Source: Chiloscyllium plagiosum
Lineage: Eukaryota
Assembly (NCBI RefSeq): GCF_004010195.1
Contig: NC_057753.1
Coordinates: 8,805,484 to 8,869,483, forward strand
DNA length: 64,000 nucleotides
Direction of reading: 5' to 3'
In this document: positions 1 through 12,938 of the stretch, one piece after another
Position numbering within the stretch: the stretch's first letter is position 1
Layout of the letters: each line of letters begins with the position of its first letter
Position numbers and translations under genes: made by a program
Notes under the pieces: generated by a model
What the model was told of the DNA's origin: nothing
Database searches by the model: none
What the model saw: only the letters and a program-made list of their open reading frames with translations

Positions 1-1962
1 AAAAGTGGTCATGAGATACCTTTAACAAACAGGGTTAAAGAAAATCCCAAAGCCTTTTGTTCGTAAAAAACGACCAAAAGGGAAACTGGAGAAAGGGTTG
101 ACCCATTCAAGGACAAAGGAGGAAAGCTATGCGTGATGCCAGAAAAAATGGGAGAGATTCTTACTTAGGACCTGGCATTGGTATTCACTGAGGTGAATGA
201 CATGATGGATGTTGAGGTTAGGGATCGATGTGTGATTGCTCCAGGTCAAGTCAGCAGGAGAGAGGAAGTGTTGGATATTGGAAAAGGCATTAAGGTGGAC
301 AAGTCCACAGGTCCGGTCAGGATTTATTCCAAGTTACTGAGTGCAGTGAGAGAGGAAATAGCTGGGGCCTTAACAGATATATTTGCAGCACCCCTGAACA
401 CGGGTGAAGTCCTGTAGGACTGGACAAGTACTAACGTTGCAACCTTGTTCAAGAAGGTTCAGCAGGGATTATCCAGGTAATTTTGGACTGGTGAGCCTGA
501 CGTCAGAAGTAAGGAAACTGCTGCAGAATATACTAAGGTATAGGATCTATTCCTATTTGGAAGAAAGTGAGCTTATCAGTGATAGGCAACGTGGTTTTGT
601 GCAGGGAAGGTCATATCTAACCAGCTTAACACAATTCTGAAAGGAAGTGAGAAAGTTAATTGATGAGGGAAGAGCTATAGATGTCATATACATGGGATCC
701 AATAAGGCATTTGAAAAGGTTCCCCATGGTAGCCTAATGGGGAAGGTGAAGTCGCATGGGTCCATGGTGAACTAGGTAAAAACAATGACTGCAGATGCTG
801 GAAACCAGATTCTGGATTAGCGTGGTGCTTTTCCAGCACCATTCTAATCCAGAATCCCCTCCATAGTGAATTAGTTAAATGGATAAATAACTGGCTGGGC
901 AACAGGAGGCAGAGAGTTGTTGTGAACTAAAGTTTCACAAAGTGGAAACCTGTGAACAGTGGTATTTCACATGCATCAGTACTGGGACCACTGTTTGTGG
1001 TATACATGAATGATCTGGAGGAAGATTTTGGTGGTCTGATGAGCAAGTTTTCAGACGACACGAAGATGGGTAGAGTAGCAGATAGTGAAGGAGACTGTCA
1101 AAGAATTCAACAGAATACAGAAAGACTGGAGAGTTGGACCGAGAAATGGCAGATGGAGTTCAATCTGGGCAAATGCGAATTGATGCAGTTTGGAACAACA
1201 AATTCAAGAGCAAATTAGACAGGAAATGGCAAAGTCCTGGGGAAAATTGATGTCCAGAGTGATCTGGGTTTTCATGTCCATTGTTCTCTGGAGGTGGAAA
1301 CGCAGGTCTATAGAGTAGTCAAGAAGGCATATGGCATGCTTTCCTTCATCAGACAGGGTATTGAGTATAAGATTTGGTAAGTCATGTTACAGTCATGTAG
1401 GATTTTTTTTCGGCAACATTTGGAATCCTGTGGACAGTTCTGGTCGCCACATTATAAAAAAGGATGTGGGTGCTTTGGAGAAGGTGCAAAGGAGGTTCAC
1501 TGGAATGTTGCCTGGTATGGAGGACGCTAGCTGTAGAAAGTATGAATAGGTTACTTTTATTTTCATCAGAAAGACAGAGGTTGAGGGGGACCTGATTGAG
1601 GTCCATGAAACCATGAGAGGTATAGAGAGGGTGGATAGCAAGAAGGCGTTTTCCAAAATTGGGACTGAATTACTAGGTGTCATGACTTCAAGCTGAGAGA
1701 GGAATCTTTTCGGGGAGATACATGTCACAAGTTCATTCGGCAGAGAGTGGTAAGAGCCTCGAATGCATTGCGAGTGGAAGTGGTAGAGGCGGGCATGATA
1801 GCGTCATTTAGGATGTATCTAGACAGATACATGAATAAGCAGGGAACAAAGAGATACAAACCTTTAGAAAATAGGCGATAGATTTAGTTAGAGGATCTGG
1901 ATCAGTGTAGTGTTGGAGGGCTGAAGAGCCCGTTTCTGTGCTGTAATTTTCTTTGTTCTTTG
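1..1962 (+). mobile_element. CR1-clade LINE, degraded ORF2 (RT) and 3' UTR
   Basis: Broken ORFs with CR1 motifs: DKSTGPVRIY (KSPGPD-like), QRGFVQGRSYLTSL, SVLGPL, MSKFSDDTK (FADD), LEKVQRRFT. Short-repeat 3' tail near 1950. Confidence 0.92.
776..859. mobile_element. Short palindromic Penelope-terminus-derived insertion inside the CR1
   Basis: Starts gtaaaaacaatgactgcagatgctggaaaccag, the same terminus as the Penelope at 47545. Hairpin gattctggattag...ctaatccagaatc. Imperfect 15-bp TSD tccatggtgaactag (761-775) / tccatagtgaattag (860-874). Confidence 0.8.
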
Positions 1963-2229
1963 TTCCTGTTCTATATTTGAGCAGCTTACAAGGGCAGTGA
2001 AAGATTACTGTGACTATTAGTTGAAATACAATATCCGCTGCACACAGTGTCAGAATGATGGCAGGACTCTTGATTTTTCAGCGGGACCAAAGGTACAGCT
2101 ACTGTTTCGGAAGTTTGTGGATATTCGATATAGCTTCAACAACTTGTATATTTCTGGACTAAAGTGTGGTTCAGATGGCCAAAATTGTATGTATGTTTCT
2201 GACTGGAGAATAAATTACAAATGAGCAAT

Positions 2230-3540
2230 AATGGTCCACTTTACTAACACCTTCCACCGCGACCTCAAATTTACCTGGACCGTCTCAGACTCCTCCCTCC
2301 CCTTCCTAGACCTTTCCATTTCTATCTTGGGCGACCGACTACATTTACTACAAACTGACCGACTCCCACGGTTACCTAGATTGCACCTCCTTCCACCCTG
2401 CCCCCTGTAAAAATGCCATCCCGTATTCCCAATTCTTTCGCCTCCGCCGCATCTGCTCCCAGGAGGACTAATTTCAATACCGAACAACCCAGATGGCCTC
2501 CTTCTTCAAAGACCGCAATTTCCCCTCAGACGTGGTTTACTATGCTCTCCACCGCATCTCCTCCACTTCCCGCACCTCCGCCCTTGAACCCCGCCCTTCC
2601 AATCGCCACCAGGACAGAACCCCACTGGTCCTCACCTTCCACCCCACCAACCTCTGGATACATCGTATCATTCACTGTCATTTCCGCCACCTCCAAACAG
2701 ACCCACCACCAGGGATATATTTCTCTCCCCACCCCTATCAGCGTTCCGGAAAGACCACTCCCTCCACGACTCCCTCGTCAGATCCACACCCCCCACCAAC
2801 CCCACCTCCACTCCCGGCACCTTTCCCTGCAACCGCAAGAAGTGCAAAATGTGCGCCTCACCTCCCTGCAAGGCCCCAATGGATCCTTCCATATCGGTCG
2901 CAAATTCACCTGCACCTCCACACACATCATTTACTGTATCCGTTGCACCTGATGTGGTCTCCTCTACATTGGGGAGACAGGCCGCCTACTTGCGGAACAT
3001 TTCAGGGAACACCTCTGGGACACCCACACCAACCAACCCAACCGCCCCGTGGCTGAACACTTTAACTCCCCCTCCCACTCCGCCAAGGACATGCAGGTCC
3101 TTGGCCTCCTCCATCGCCAGACCCTTACCACATGACGCCTGGAGGAAGAGCGCCTCACGTTCCGCCTAGGAACCCTCCAACCACATGGGATGAATGTAGA
3201 TTTCTCCAGCTTCCTCATTTCTCATCCCCCACGTTATCTCAGTCCTAACCCTCGGATTCAGCACCGCCTCCTTGACCTACAATCTTCTTCCCGACCTCTC
3301 CGGCATATCACCCTCACCCTCACCTCCTTCTACCTATCGTATTCCTAGCGCCCCTCCCCCAAATTCACTTCCCCCTACCCTTTATCTCAGCCCGCTTCTT
3401 CAGCCTCATTCCTGAAGAAGGGCTTATGCCCGAAACGTCTATTCTCCTGCTTCTCGGATGCTGCCTGGCCTGCTGTGTTTTTCCAACGCCACATTTTTCA
3501 ACTCTGGTCTCCAGCGTCTGCAATCATCACTTTCTCCCAG
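2230..3540 (+). mobile_element. Penelope-like retroelement (RT C-terminus, GIY-YIG endonuclease, pLTR), 5'-truncated and degraded
   Basis: MASFFKDRNFPS...DRTPLVLTFHP; FTCTSTHIIYCIRCT*CGLLYIGETGR (GIY-YIG); C-rich 3' region; terminal repeat with hammerhead core. Confidence 0.92.
3408..3443 (+). ncRNA. Minimal type I hammerhead ribozyme motif in Penelope pLTR
   Basis: CTGAAGA-A-GGGC(TTAT)GCCC-GAAA-C-GTC: conserved core, 4-bp stem II, palindromic ACGT in place of stem III. Stem I pairing is weak. Confidence 0.7.
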
Positions 3541-3861
3541 TGGTTGTAGTAGTTTGCAACATTCTCCAAATAGGAACAAATGCACAATAATAATTGCAAA
3601 TAATCCTTCTGACTAACTCAAACTGTCAATCCCACTTTTGTCATCAACATTCTGGACAAATCCTGACTAAGCAGTGGTAAGACAATTGGAAATCAACTGC
3701 AAACAAATTACCACACGGGCAAATATAGCCTTGCAACATTCCTCGTACATTTCTGAATTTAACACGAAGGCAATGTCTGACAAACCCCTCATGTATAGCT
3801 GCCTGTCAAGAAGAGGATGTGCTACCCTGAAGCATGCAAATGATTTTAGACTATCCCCTTA

Positions 3862-4761
3862 TCAATATTTAAACATTTTAATGAATAGGTTGAAAGGAAA
3901 TTTCCTTAATTCATTTCTAATTCTGCTCTGCGTTACAGCATATATAAATGGGGTGATACAGGAACTCAATAACTGGAGCATATATCCAGTTTGTTTCAAA
4001 TGAAATATGGAATTACGCCAAGTGGATCCTGAGGAATACATAATATTCGCAATTTGAATATAGAGAATACTTATGAAAAATAACAAAAAGAATAGAATGA
4101 AAGTGTCCGAGATTGAAGAGTAAATTAATGGAGTTTCTCCGCTTCTCCATCTCTGGGTCACGCTGAGTCTCTCCATTACTCTGAAGCTGGAGTCTCTTCT
4201 GGGCTCTATTGGCCATGAGAATGCATCTCACAGTCGGTGCATTTAGTAGTACAATTAGACTAATAGGGAGGCATGGATTTAAAACAGAGCAGATCCAGTC
4301 ATATGCAGTCCAAGCAGGTGACGTACAAAATATATCCATTATGCTACACAGCCATGGTGTATTGTTGATTACGTATCTAGGTTCAGATTGAAAATATATG
4401 AAAATGTTTTTCATACTGCACAGAGTAGATACTACTCCTATCATCCTCACTGCCACCTTCTTGGTGCAATATTTTGCTTTCAGGTTCTGACAAGATATTG
4501 CCACAAATCGATCAAAAGTAAAAACGAAAGTTAACCAGGCGGAATTGTCAATAACTTCCAGATTAAATGCAGCATGAAACCTGCACACTGATGTGGTAGA
4601 AAGGAAACTGGATGGGAAATAGCTTCCAGCAATCCGATTTAAAATCACATCTGTGACCATGACCAGGAGATCTGCTGCTGCCATTCCCACTAAGTAGTAC
4701 GTGATGCATCCAGATAAACAACAGGTTCTTCGATACAGGATTGCAATCACTGCTATATTAA
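3862..4761 (-). pseudogene. GPR139/GPR142-like class A GPCR, copy 1, exon 2 (one frameshift near 4113)
   Basis: Acceptor ttcttccag at 4762-4770, then VNIAVIAIL...YYLVGMAAADLLV...FTFDRFVAISC...KYCT...WICSVLNPCLP...DPEMEKRRNSINLLF. Frame then switches to ISDTFILF...MLQLLSSCITPFIYAVTQSRIRNEL (NPxxY-like), TGA at 3862-3864. Confidence 0.88.
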
Positions 4762-6048
4762 CTGGAAGAAAGAAAGAGAGTGAGTTACAAACGGACCATT
4801 TCTCCTTCTGATTACAATAAGGGTTTTTCCCATATTACAGGATTTTTTTGAGACGTTTCAAGATTTTAGAAGGAAATCACAATTTGGCCATCATTCCTTA
4901 TTTTGTAGAATAACTGATTTTTGAATTAAACATTGAAATGTGGAAACCAAATTAATGACTCAACAAGGAATAGTATTTAGACATCTTCGCAGTCAGCAAC
5001 AATCCACCCACCAACAGTTCACCACTTCATTTAGTTGGGACCTATTCCACGGCACGAATACATTTTAAAAATGCAGTTAATATATCTCAAGTATAAAAAA
5101 TACCGAGGTAAAGCAAATCATCTCAACAAAGAGAATATGTTGAAAGAGGTAATCCACAAAGCACAGGCGGTAAGGTGGAAACTGAAAATAACATGAATTT
5201 AGTCTAAATTTATTTCAATAAATTCATGTAATTCTTTTCACTGTTGGAAAAGCAGACATTCATCTTTCGAATATTACATTGGAAATAAACTGAAAACATG
5301 CAACGCTCCAAATTCACAGAGTCCGTGCTGGGGTTGATTCGATGACACGACCTGTTCATGTTAGAATGACCTCTCATTTATGGTGTCATTGGAAAGCATT
5401 GAAACTGACTGGTAATGAGAATGTGTTCAGGGAAAGACATTCCTACAGTGTAGCACTTCATCAGTCATTCATTGCATAGACTGGGTAAATAATGGCGCTT
5501 TTCTGATTTGCATTTTTAAAATTAAACCTTGGCAAATGCAATTCAATAGATGACAATAGGTGTAGAGATTCACTCAGTTTCAGGAGAGCAACAAATCTAG
5601 AAACAGTCTAGGCTATTGTGGAATGTTGGTATCAGATGGAAATTCCACGTCAGCTATCATCACATTAGAACAATCAGAAACAGTTAATGTGGAATGAGCT
5701 TGCAGCTCTGAAAGTGCAAGCGCTAGTGATTGAAAACAAAAACAAATTCGCTCTGTGCATTAGTGGGAAATTCCCATCTTAGTTTAAGATATTGTTATAT
5801 ATCTTTGAACATTTCGACAACTAATTATTCCCCTTCGTTAAAATCAGTCATTAAATGCAGATGGAAATTGCTCAGCAGTTCAAACTACTGAAGCAATAAT
5901 GCATAATGCGCATTTCCCCTTTCCTTCAAAGAAAATTGCACGATCAATCCAGATGTATCACGGGATTATGGTGGAAATAATCTTCGCAAAGAAAGAATAA
6001 AATGTGATGATATTCAGAAAATTGTCTCAATAATGCCACGATGGATCT

Positions 6049-6262
6049 ATTATTTTCTTTTTTTCTTTTTGAATTCCACAGAGATTGGTATCCCATCACC
6101 AAGTTCCCCTTTATTTAAATATGGAGAGTCACTGACACTGGTCCAGCTTCATCAGAGCCAGCTCTCAGAGTGAACAGAACCTCTGATACTCCTTTTTTTA
6201 ATTATATTTTTCCTCAGACTACCGCCTAACTGCGGTAGTGCTTATTTTTCCCTCAGCAACCG
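6049..6262 (-). mobile_element. Composite retroposed insert: LINE-like 3' end with stem-loop and A-tract, then an LTR fragment and a second A-rich tail
   Basis: Direct repeat cgatggatct at 6039-6048 and 6263-6272; T-rich tracts at 6051-6070 and 6193-6211; stem-loop actaccgc/gcggtagt at 6218-6239; LTR-like piece with minus-strand AATAAA at 6071-6192. Confidence 0.6.
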
Positions 6263-6564
6263 CGATGGATCTCCTATTCCAGACTAATAACTGCTGAGTA
6301 ATTGACCAAGTATCATGCTGCCAATACTGCAGCTGAATTGAATTGACGTTGTGACTCATTTCTCTACTAATGCCTTTATCACACTAGAAGTGTACCACGA
6401 TATGTATCCACCTTCACGGAGCACATCACAATGTTGAAGCCAAATGCTCCATCCTATTGAATAGGAGAAACAATATTTATTGCTACTGGGGTTGTGCTAC
6501 TGTAAACCTGGAGAACTGACGCAGTTAAACAGTAACTCTACGTTTTGAACTCTCAACATTTTAC

Positions 6565-6694
6565 CTGGAAGACAAATAGCTGCAAGGAGCGGATAATAAA
6601 TGGCAAAGATCAAACCTCTTGGTATCTCATGCTTTTCTGACAGATGCTCTGAGCACTTTCTATGAATAATGGAAACATGACTACAGTTATACAT
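6565..6694 (-). pseudogene. GPR139-like copy 1, exon 1 (N-terminus/TM1)
   Basis: KHEIPRGLIFAIYYPLLAAICLP followed by phase-1 donor CCAG|GTAA at 6564; joins exon 2 in frame (P-V-N). The expected start codon appears as AAG; an upstream in-frame ATG is at 6694. Confidence 0.8.
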
Positions 6695-7714
6695 GGTTAC
6701 ATATGCATTTCAAACTCCAGGGGGGGTTAGTTAGTTAGATTTGCTTTTTCCATCATGACTTTCATCGCGATAAGCAGATTAGTGCTGTTTCTGATTATTG
6801 CACTTTTAATTGGAATGGATATTCAATTCAGGGGGCCTGAAATTGATCGAAAGTGACATGCACAGCGATCACATGATAATAAAGGTATTATTTCGTCATT
6901 TAAAAAATCATTGCTATATGAATATTGGCTTCAGAACAAAGCAGCAGCTTTCTCTGGAAATTTTAACGAGATAAGTGAATATTTCAACGAAAGTACAGCC
7001 AAGTTCTACCATTATTATATTCTTTCGATCATGATTCAGGTGCAACATGAATCTAGTCAATACCGATGCAGTAAAGTATCAGTCTTTACGGATGCACTTA
7101 CAAATGTTTACGATGTCTCCACCTTGACTGGTTTCGTGGCGTTTTGATGCAATTTCACCGCAATTTAATTTCGTACAGGGAGATTCAGTTTCAATACTGT
7201 GTGTCTTCACCAATGTGTTGACATGTGGTTCATCAAGGTTAAATTCTGAACTGACTGTTCCAGTCCATCAACATGAAAATCCATGTGGATTTTAAGAGAT
7301 CAGCACAGTTATATTTATTTAGGACACTCGATGAGTAAATCTATATTCCGACTTTATATGAACACTTTCTGTTCAACATACTCACGTGAAGTGTGATTTG
7401 CTACAAGTCAGCCATGTTCCATTCAGTTTTAACACATCGATTACAATGTAATTGCATTGGTCAGAGACCGGGTCAGTGTTCCACCGATATTTTACGTTGA
7501 CAAGATTCGAAGCAGCATTTTTGATTTCAGCTTTCTAAGTCCAGCTCAATACGAATGGTATGAAAATGTACAGGTGAACATTTGTGAGGCTTTAAGGTGC
7601 ATCATAACAGATGGATGAGTAGGAAGGAAACAACGGATATGGAAGACATGAAGGCTTAAATTACAACATGAAGGCTGTCTTCCCGTCATCAAGTGACTGT
7701 TAGTTTACATGCAC

Positions 7715-10020
7715 ATTGTATATGACAATTAAACAGCTATTTTAGAGCTAGTTCCTCGATTGAACAGGAGCCCTTCTGCTGCTTATTTGTCAGTTGAGGC
7801 TCTCAGAACGGACCAGTTTAACAGCCCCATTCAGTTAATTCCTATCCTATGTCCTTGCCACCTCGTTCCAATCACTGCATGCATTTCCTCTCGAAATCCT
7901 GAGACGTAGGGCCTTTCTGTGCCCTTGAACCCCTCTTGGTGCATTTTTGCACCAGGTCTGGTTCCTCCGATTCTGCCTCGGATGTTGACAGTGTGAACTA
8001 GACTGTAGCGGGACACTTAAACCCGGAATGACTCTGAACAGAGCCAACTCCTTCAGGCAGTAACGGCGTTGAGTCTGTAACATCTGTGTGTTCATCTCTT
8101 CCTCAGACGTTTCTGCAGTACTGCGCAGAGAAGGAGAACCCATAGATTCTGACAGCCTTGTTGGACTATGTGAAGGATTTCGTATGTTTGGCCCTTTCCC
8201 GATTTAGGAGTTTGCAGTCTGCATGTGATCCATATGCATTTTCAGAACTGTCTCTCCTATCTCTCTTGGGACTGTTTGGTATCAAATGAGGCTGCAGGTT
8301 GTTTCTTTAAGCATCCCTTCAAAGTTGGGACTGCTCTGTCCACCAGACCATTGGACAGTGGATGGCATGGAAATGTCTTTCGAATTCACGAAATACTTGA
8401 ATGCCCTACTGGTAAACGATGGCCAATGGCTGTGACAGTGCTTCTGAGTACTGCAAAAAATTGCTTGCAGATTTTCAAATGTCATCCATGTGTTTGAGGA
8501 CTGAACTCTCCACAATTCTGAACATTTTGAATGGACATCCACAATGACGAAGCACATAGACTTCATGAACAGACCTGCAGAAATGACGTGTACGCGAGTC
8601 CAGGGCTTACTGAAAATTCTCACGCTTGTCTGGGAGGTGCTGTTAGCAAATTTTGTTCTTGTTGACAATTTAGGCACTGCCCCACTAATGTAGATATTTC
8701 TGCATCCAATCCTATCCACCAGACATATCTTCATCCAATATCCTCATTTTAGAAACTCAGTATCTGGTAGTGAATTTTGCTCAAGACAATCACTCTTGTG
8801 GCAGCATCACCAGTGGTTGTGTGCCCGCCAATGTGGCTCAATTCATTTGCATATGCCGGTAGCCTCCTGCATGGTGTTCCAATCTGTGATCCTACCACCG
8901 CAGATTTAGAGCCTACGGCACAATTCGACCTGACACTCTCGGAAACAAGGCCCTGCCCTATCTGGGTACCCTTAGCAGGAGCAGTGTTGCCTTACTATTG
9001 CAAAATCTACATCCATAAAGGTATTTCTGGAACTTTCTCGACACAACGATAACTGGTAAACCTTCTTCCTGGATCTGGGTGTTTTTTTCATTTGGCATAA
9101 ACATATGCAATCGGGCTTTTCTCTTCTCTAGGCCACTAGTGAGCTAACACAACCCTGATACTGTAAGAGGAGACGACGCATGTCAGCACTTCAACTCACT
9201 TGGAATGTACAGTGCCGACGCTAGCTGCTTCTTCACTTCCCTAAACGCTGCGTTCGGGATTTGAAACAATTTCCAAAGCTGATATTTGTCAATCACAACT
9301 GTTAAGTTGTCAGAATAGAGGCCAATTTATACTTTTTTTCTGTAATAATTCACTAATTCAAGGAAAGACCACAACTTCTCGAGACGTGGAAGTCAGGGCA
9401 CAATGATTGCCTTGACTTTATCTTCCACGGTTGTATCCTGTTTCTGATGGTTCTGTAGCCCAAATAAGTCACATGGGTGCATAGAACATTTTTTCCATCG
9501 AAGGCATACACCTTCCTCAGAGAAACGTTTAAACATTTTGTCCAAGTTCTCTAAATGATCATTATTAGTTTTTCCAGATGTTAGCATGTCATCCAGATAA
9601 ATGGCGACCTTGCAAAATGTTCTCCATTGTCCGCTGGAAGGTGACACAGGCTGATGATGTCCAGAAAGGGAGTCTCGGTTAATGGCACAAATCCTCATGT
9701 GTATTAATTTTCGTCTGGGAATCCTTATCTCAGCACAACTGCGGTCTGCATGGCTCATGTCCATCTTCGTGAAGGACTCCCCACCAATACTATTTGATAT
9801 ATTTTCATTGTGCAAAGGATGGGTATTTAACCAACTGCAAAAAATAGTTTACCATTTGTTTGATTTCCCCACAAATGTTAACCGAGCCATGAGACGTGAA
9901 AATTAGTGTAACCAGTGATGTCTATTCTGCAACCTGTAATGGTTTTATGTTTCCTTCACTTTCCAGCCATCTCATGTATGTGTCTCCTTTTGAATTTAAG
10001 GCAAATGACACTGAGTGGGT
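7715..10020 (-). mobile_element. Gypsy/Ty3 LTR retrotransposon remnant (RT, RNase H, integrase, degraded 3' LTR)
   Basis: FCKVAIYLDDMLTSG (YxDD) in the 9393-9815 ORF; integrase KPWTRVHVISAGLF...VIVDVHSK at 8282-8734; LTR-like segment about 7715-7880. Confidence 0.85.
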
Positions 10021-10034
10021 CTGACAAATTTACA

Positions 10035-10932
10035 AAAGAGAACACAGAACAGTAAAACACAGTTTAGACTCTTTAGTCCTCGACGTTGGGCCGACCTTTT
10101 ATCCTACACTAACATCCAATGAACCCTTCATTTTGCTATCATGTATGTGCCGATCTGAGAGCCGTTTAAATGCATTTGACTCAACTATCACTGCTGGCAG
10201 TGCCATCTACGCACCCACTACTCTTTATGCGGAGAACCTATCTCTGACATCTCTCTAATCCTTCCTCTAATCACATTAAAATTATATCCTTTCAAATTAG
10301 CCATTTCTGCTCTGGGGAAAAAAAGCTCCCTTTTAACGCACTCCATTTCTGCCTCTCAGAATACGTACACCTCTCCAAGCCACCTCTCATGCTTTTTCGC
10401 TCTAATGAGAAAAGCCCTAGTTCACTCAACCTTTCATTATAATACATGCTTTCCAGTCCAAGTCGTAATCTGGCGATTTACCTTTGCACACTATGTTAAG
10501 CCTGCACATTCTTCCTATAATGAGGCGACCAGAACAGAACTCAATATTCCAATTGTGATATAACCAGGACTTTATAGAGCTGCAGCATATCCTCACGGCT
10601 TGAAATTCTAACCCCCTGTTAATGAAAGTGAACACACTATATGCCATCTTCGCAACCCTATGAAACTGTGTTTGAGAGATCTATGGATATAGATCCCAAG
10701 ATCCCTCTGTTCCTCCACAGTGCCAAAAATTGTGCCTTTAACTCTGCAATATGCACTCAATTTCGACCTTCTAAAAATAAATCACTCCACACTTTTCCAA
10801 GTTGAACTCCATCTGCCACTTATCAGCCCAACTCTGTATCCTGTCAAAGTCCCGTTGCAACTTACAACAGCCCTCCACACTACCCACAATTCCACCAACT
10901 TTCGTGTCATCAGCAAACTTTCTAAACCCATC
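10035..10932 (-). mobile_element. CR1 LINE 3' portion
   Basis: Minus strand AYSVFTFINRGLEF; CR1 3' UTR and tail near 10040. Confidence 0.85.
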
Positions 10933-11199
10933 AGTATGCTAGGTGGCCTTTTTTCTTTGATAGACCTTTGACCTTTATGAAAAACGTATTTAGTTAGAAC
11001 TTCATGTTCTTTTTCCGAATTGAAAAACGTTGAGGAAATGAAGTTAAGTCTCTCTCATATAATGTTGTCACATCAAGCCTTTTACTGGTGGTAACTGGGT
11101 TGCAGATGTGGTAACTGAACCAACTGCTTCTCATAAGAAACCAGCAGCCAAGTTGCATCCTTAATCTGAAAACTTGCCGGTATAAATCATTGGTCCAGC

Positions 11200-12105
11200 C
11201 AAGATATTCCACAAATGTACGGGTTGGAATCCAAAGCAAATATGGATGTAGATTTGCTCGCTGAGCTGGAAGGTTCGTTTTCAGACGTTTCGTCACCAGA
11301 CTAAGTAACATCTTCAGTGAGCCTCCGAATGAAGCATTGGCGGTGTAGCCCTCTTTCTACTTAAATGTTTTTGAGTTTCTTTGAGTTGGTTATGTCATTT
11401 CCTGTGGTGGCATCATTTCCGATGGCGATGTCATTTTGTATTCTTTTTCTCAGGCGTGGTAAATGGGATCCAAGTCAAAATGTTTGTTGATAGAGTTTGA
11501 GTTGGAATGCCATGCTTCCAGAAATTCTCGTGTATGTTTCTGTTTGGCTTGTCCTAGGATGGATGTGTTGTCCCAGTTGAAGAGTGTCCTTTCTCATCTG
11601 TATGTAAGGATGCTAGTGAGCGTGGGTCATGTCGTTTTGTGGCTAGTTGATGTTCATGTGTCCTGTGGCTAGTCTTCTGCCTGTTTGTCCAATGTAGTGC
11701 TTGTTACCGTCCTTGCAAGGTATTTTGTGGATGCCATTAGTTTTGCTTGTTGTCTGTTTTGGGTCTTTCTAGTTCATTCGCTCCTGTTTTAGTGTGTGTT
11801 TGTGGGTTTGTGGGCTACCATGATGCCAAGGAGTCTGAGTAGTCTGGCAGTCATTTCCGAGATGCTTTGATGTAGGGAAGAGCGTCTCGGGTTTCTAGAA
11901 GTGTTTTGTCTGCTTACTTGAGTTGTTCAGAAATCAGCGGACTGTGTTCATTGGGTACCGGTTCTTTTTTAATACACTGTATACGTGATTTTCCTCTGCT
12001 CTGCGTAACTTCTCTGCGCTTCATTGTGTGATGGCTCGTTGAAATAATTTTCTGATGCAGCTTCATTTGTGGATGCCGGGAATGATTGTTTGTGCAGTTC
12101 ATAAT
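11200..12105 (-). mobile_element. Penelope-like element, second family (GIY-YIG plus pLTR with hammerhead)
   Basis: Minus strand KIPCKDGNKHYIGQTGR...HEHQLATKRHD at about 11630-11730; terminal repeat with hammerhead at 11281-11320. Confidence 0.88.
11281..11320 (-). ncRNA. Minimal hammerhead ribozyme motif
   Basis: Minus strand TCA-CTGAAGA-T-GTTAC(loop)GTGAC-GAAA-C-GTC-TGA: stem I tca/tga, 5-bp stem II, GUC cleavage triplet. Confidence 0.75.
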
Positions 12106-12109
12106 TTGA

Positions 12110-12938
12110 TCCGTATGCTTTGGCATCAGGCATACCTGAAAATGAGGTATCAACCTGGTGAAGCTACCAAACAGGACTACTTGCATGTAAAACGGCATAA
12201 ACCACAAGTGATAGCCAGAGCTAAGCAATCCCATAAACAACCGATCAGGTCTTAGATCTGCATTCCTTTCACATCCATTCGTGAATAGTGGTGGACAATT
12301 AAGTAAGTCATGGAGGAGGAGGAGGCTTCACAAATATCCCCAACCTAAGTCATGCATGAGACCAGCACATCAGTACAAAACATAAGGCTGATGCATTCCC
12401 AACAATCTTCAGTTAGAAGTGCCCAGTGGATGATCCATTGCAGGCTTCAACCAGTGGTCCCAAGCATCACAGGTATCAGTTTCCATCAATTTGATTCACT
12501 CTACGTGATAACAAGAAACGGCTACAGGCACTGGATACTGCAAAGATATTGGGCCCTGATAACATTCTGGCAATATTATTGAAGACATGCTCTCCAAACC
12601 CTGCTGCTTCCCGAGTGAATCTCTTCCAGTACAGTAACAACACTGGCATGTACCCGACAATGTGGAAAATTGCCCAGCTATGTCTTGTCCACGAAAAGCA
12701 GGAGAAATCTGTTCCAGCCAATTACCGCCCAACCAATCAGCCTACTCTCCACCATTCGTAAATTGATGGAAGTGCTCATCAACATTGTTATCAAGCAGTA
12801 CTGCTCAGCAACAACCTGCTCAGTGATGTCCACTTTGGATTTCGCCAGGGTCACTTAGTTCCTGATCTCATTACAGCCTTGCTTCAATCATGACTGAGTA
12901 TCGTATCCAGGAACCCTGACAAAACTGGAATCAATGGG
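12110..12938 (+). mobile_element. Non-LTR retrotransposon RT fragment (CR1/L2-group, distinct family)
   Basis: GPDNILAILLKTC...LFQYSNNTGMYPTMWKIAQLCLVHEKQEKSVPANYRP / PISLLSTIRKLME. Confidence 0.85.

Noticed and set aside
2413..3218. Multiple overlapping Pro-rich ORFs on both strands (also 47853-48879)
   Set aside because: Alternative frames of C-rich Penelope sequence; no independent gene evidence.
6140..6160. Minus-strand CTGATGA as a possible hammerhead
   Set aside because: No stem II followed by GAAA; lies in an LTR fragment.
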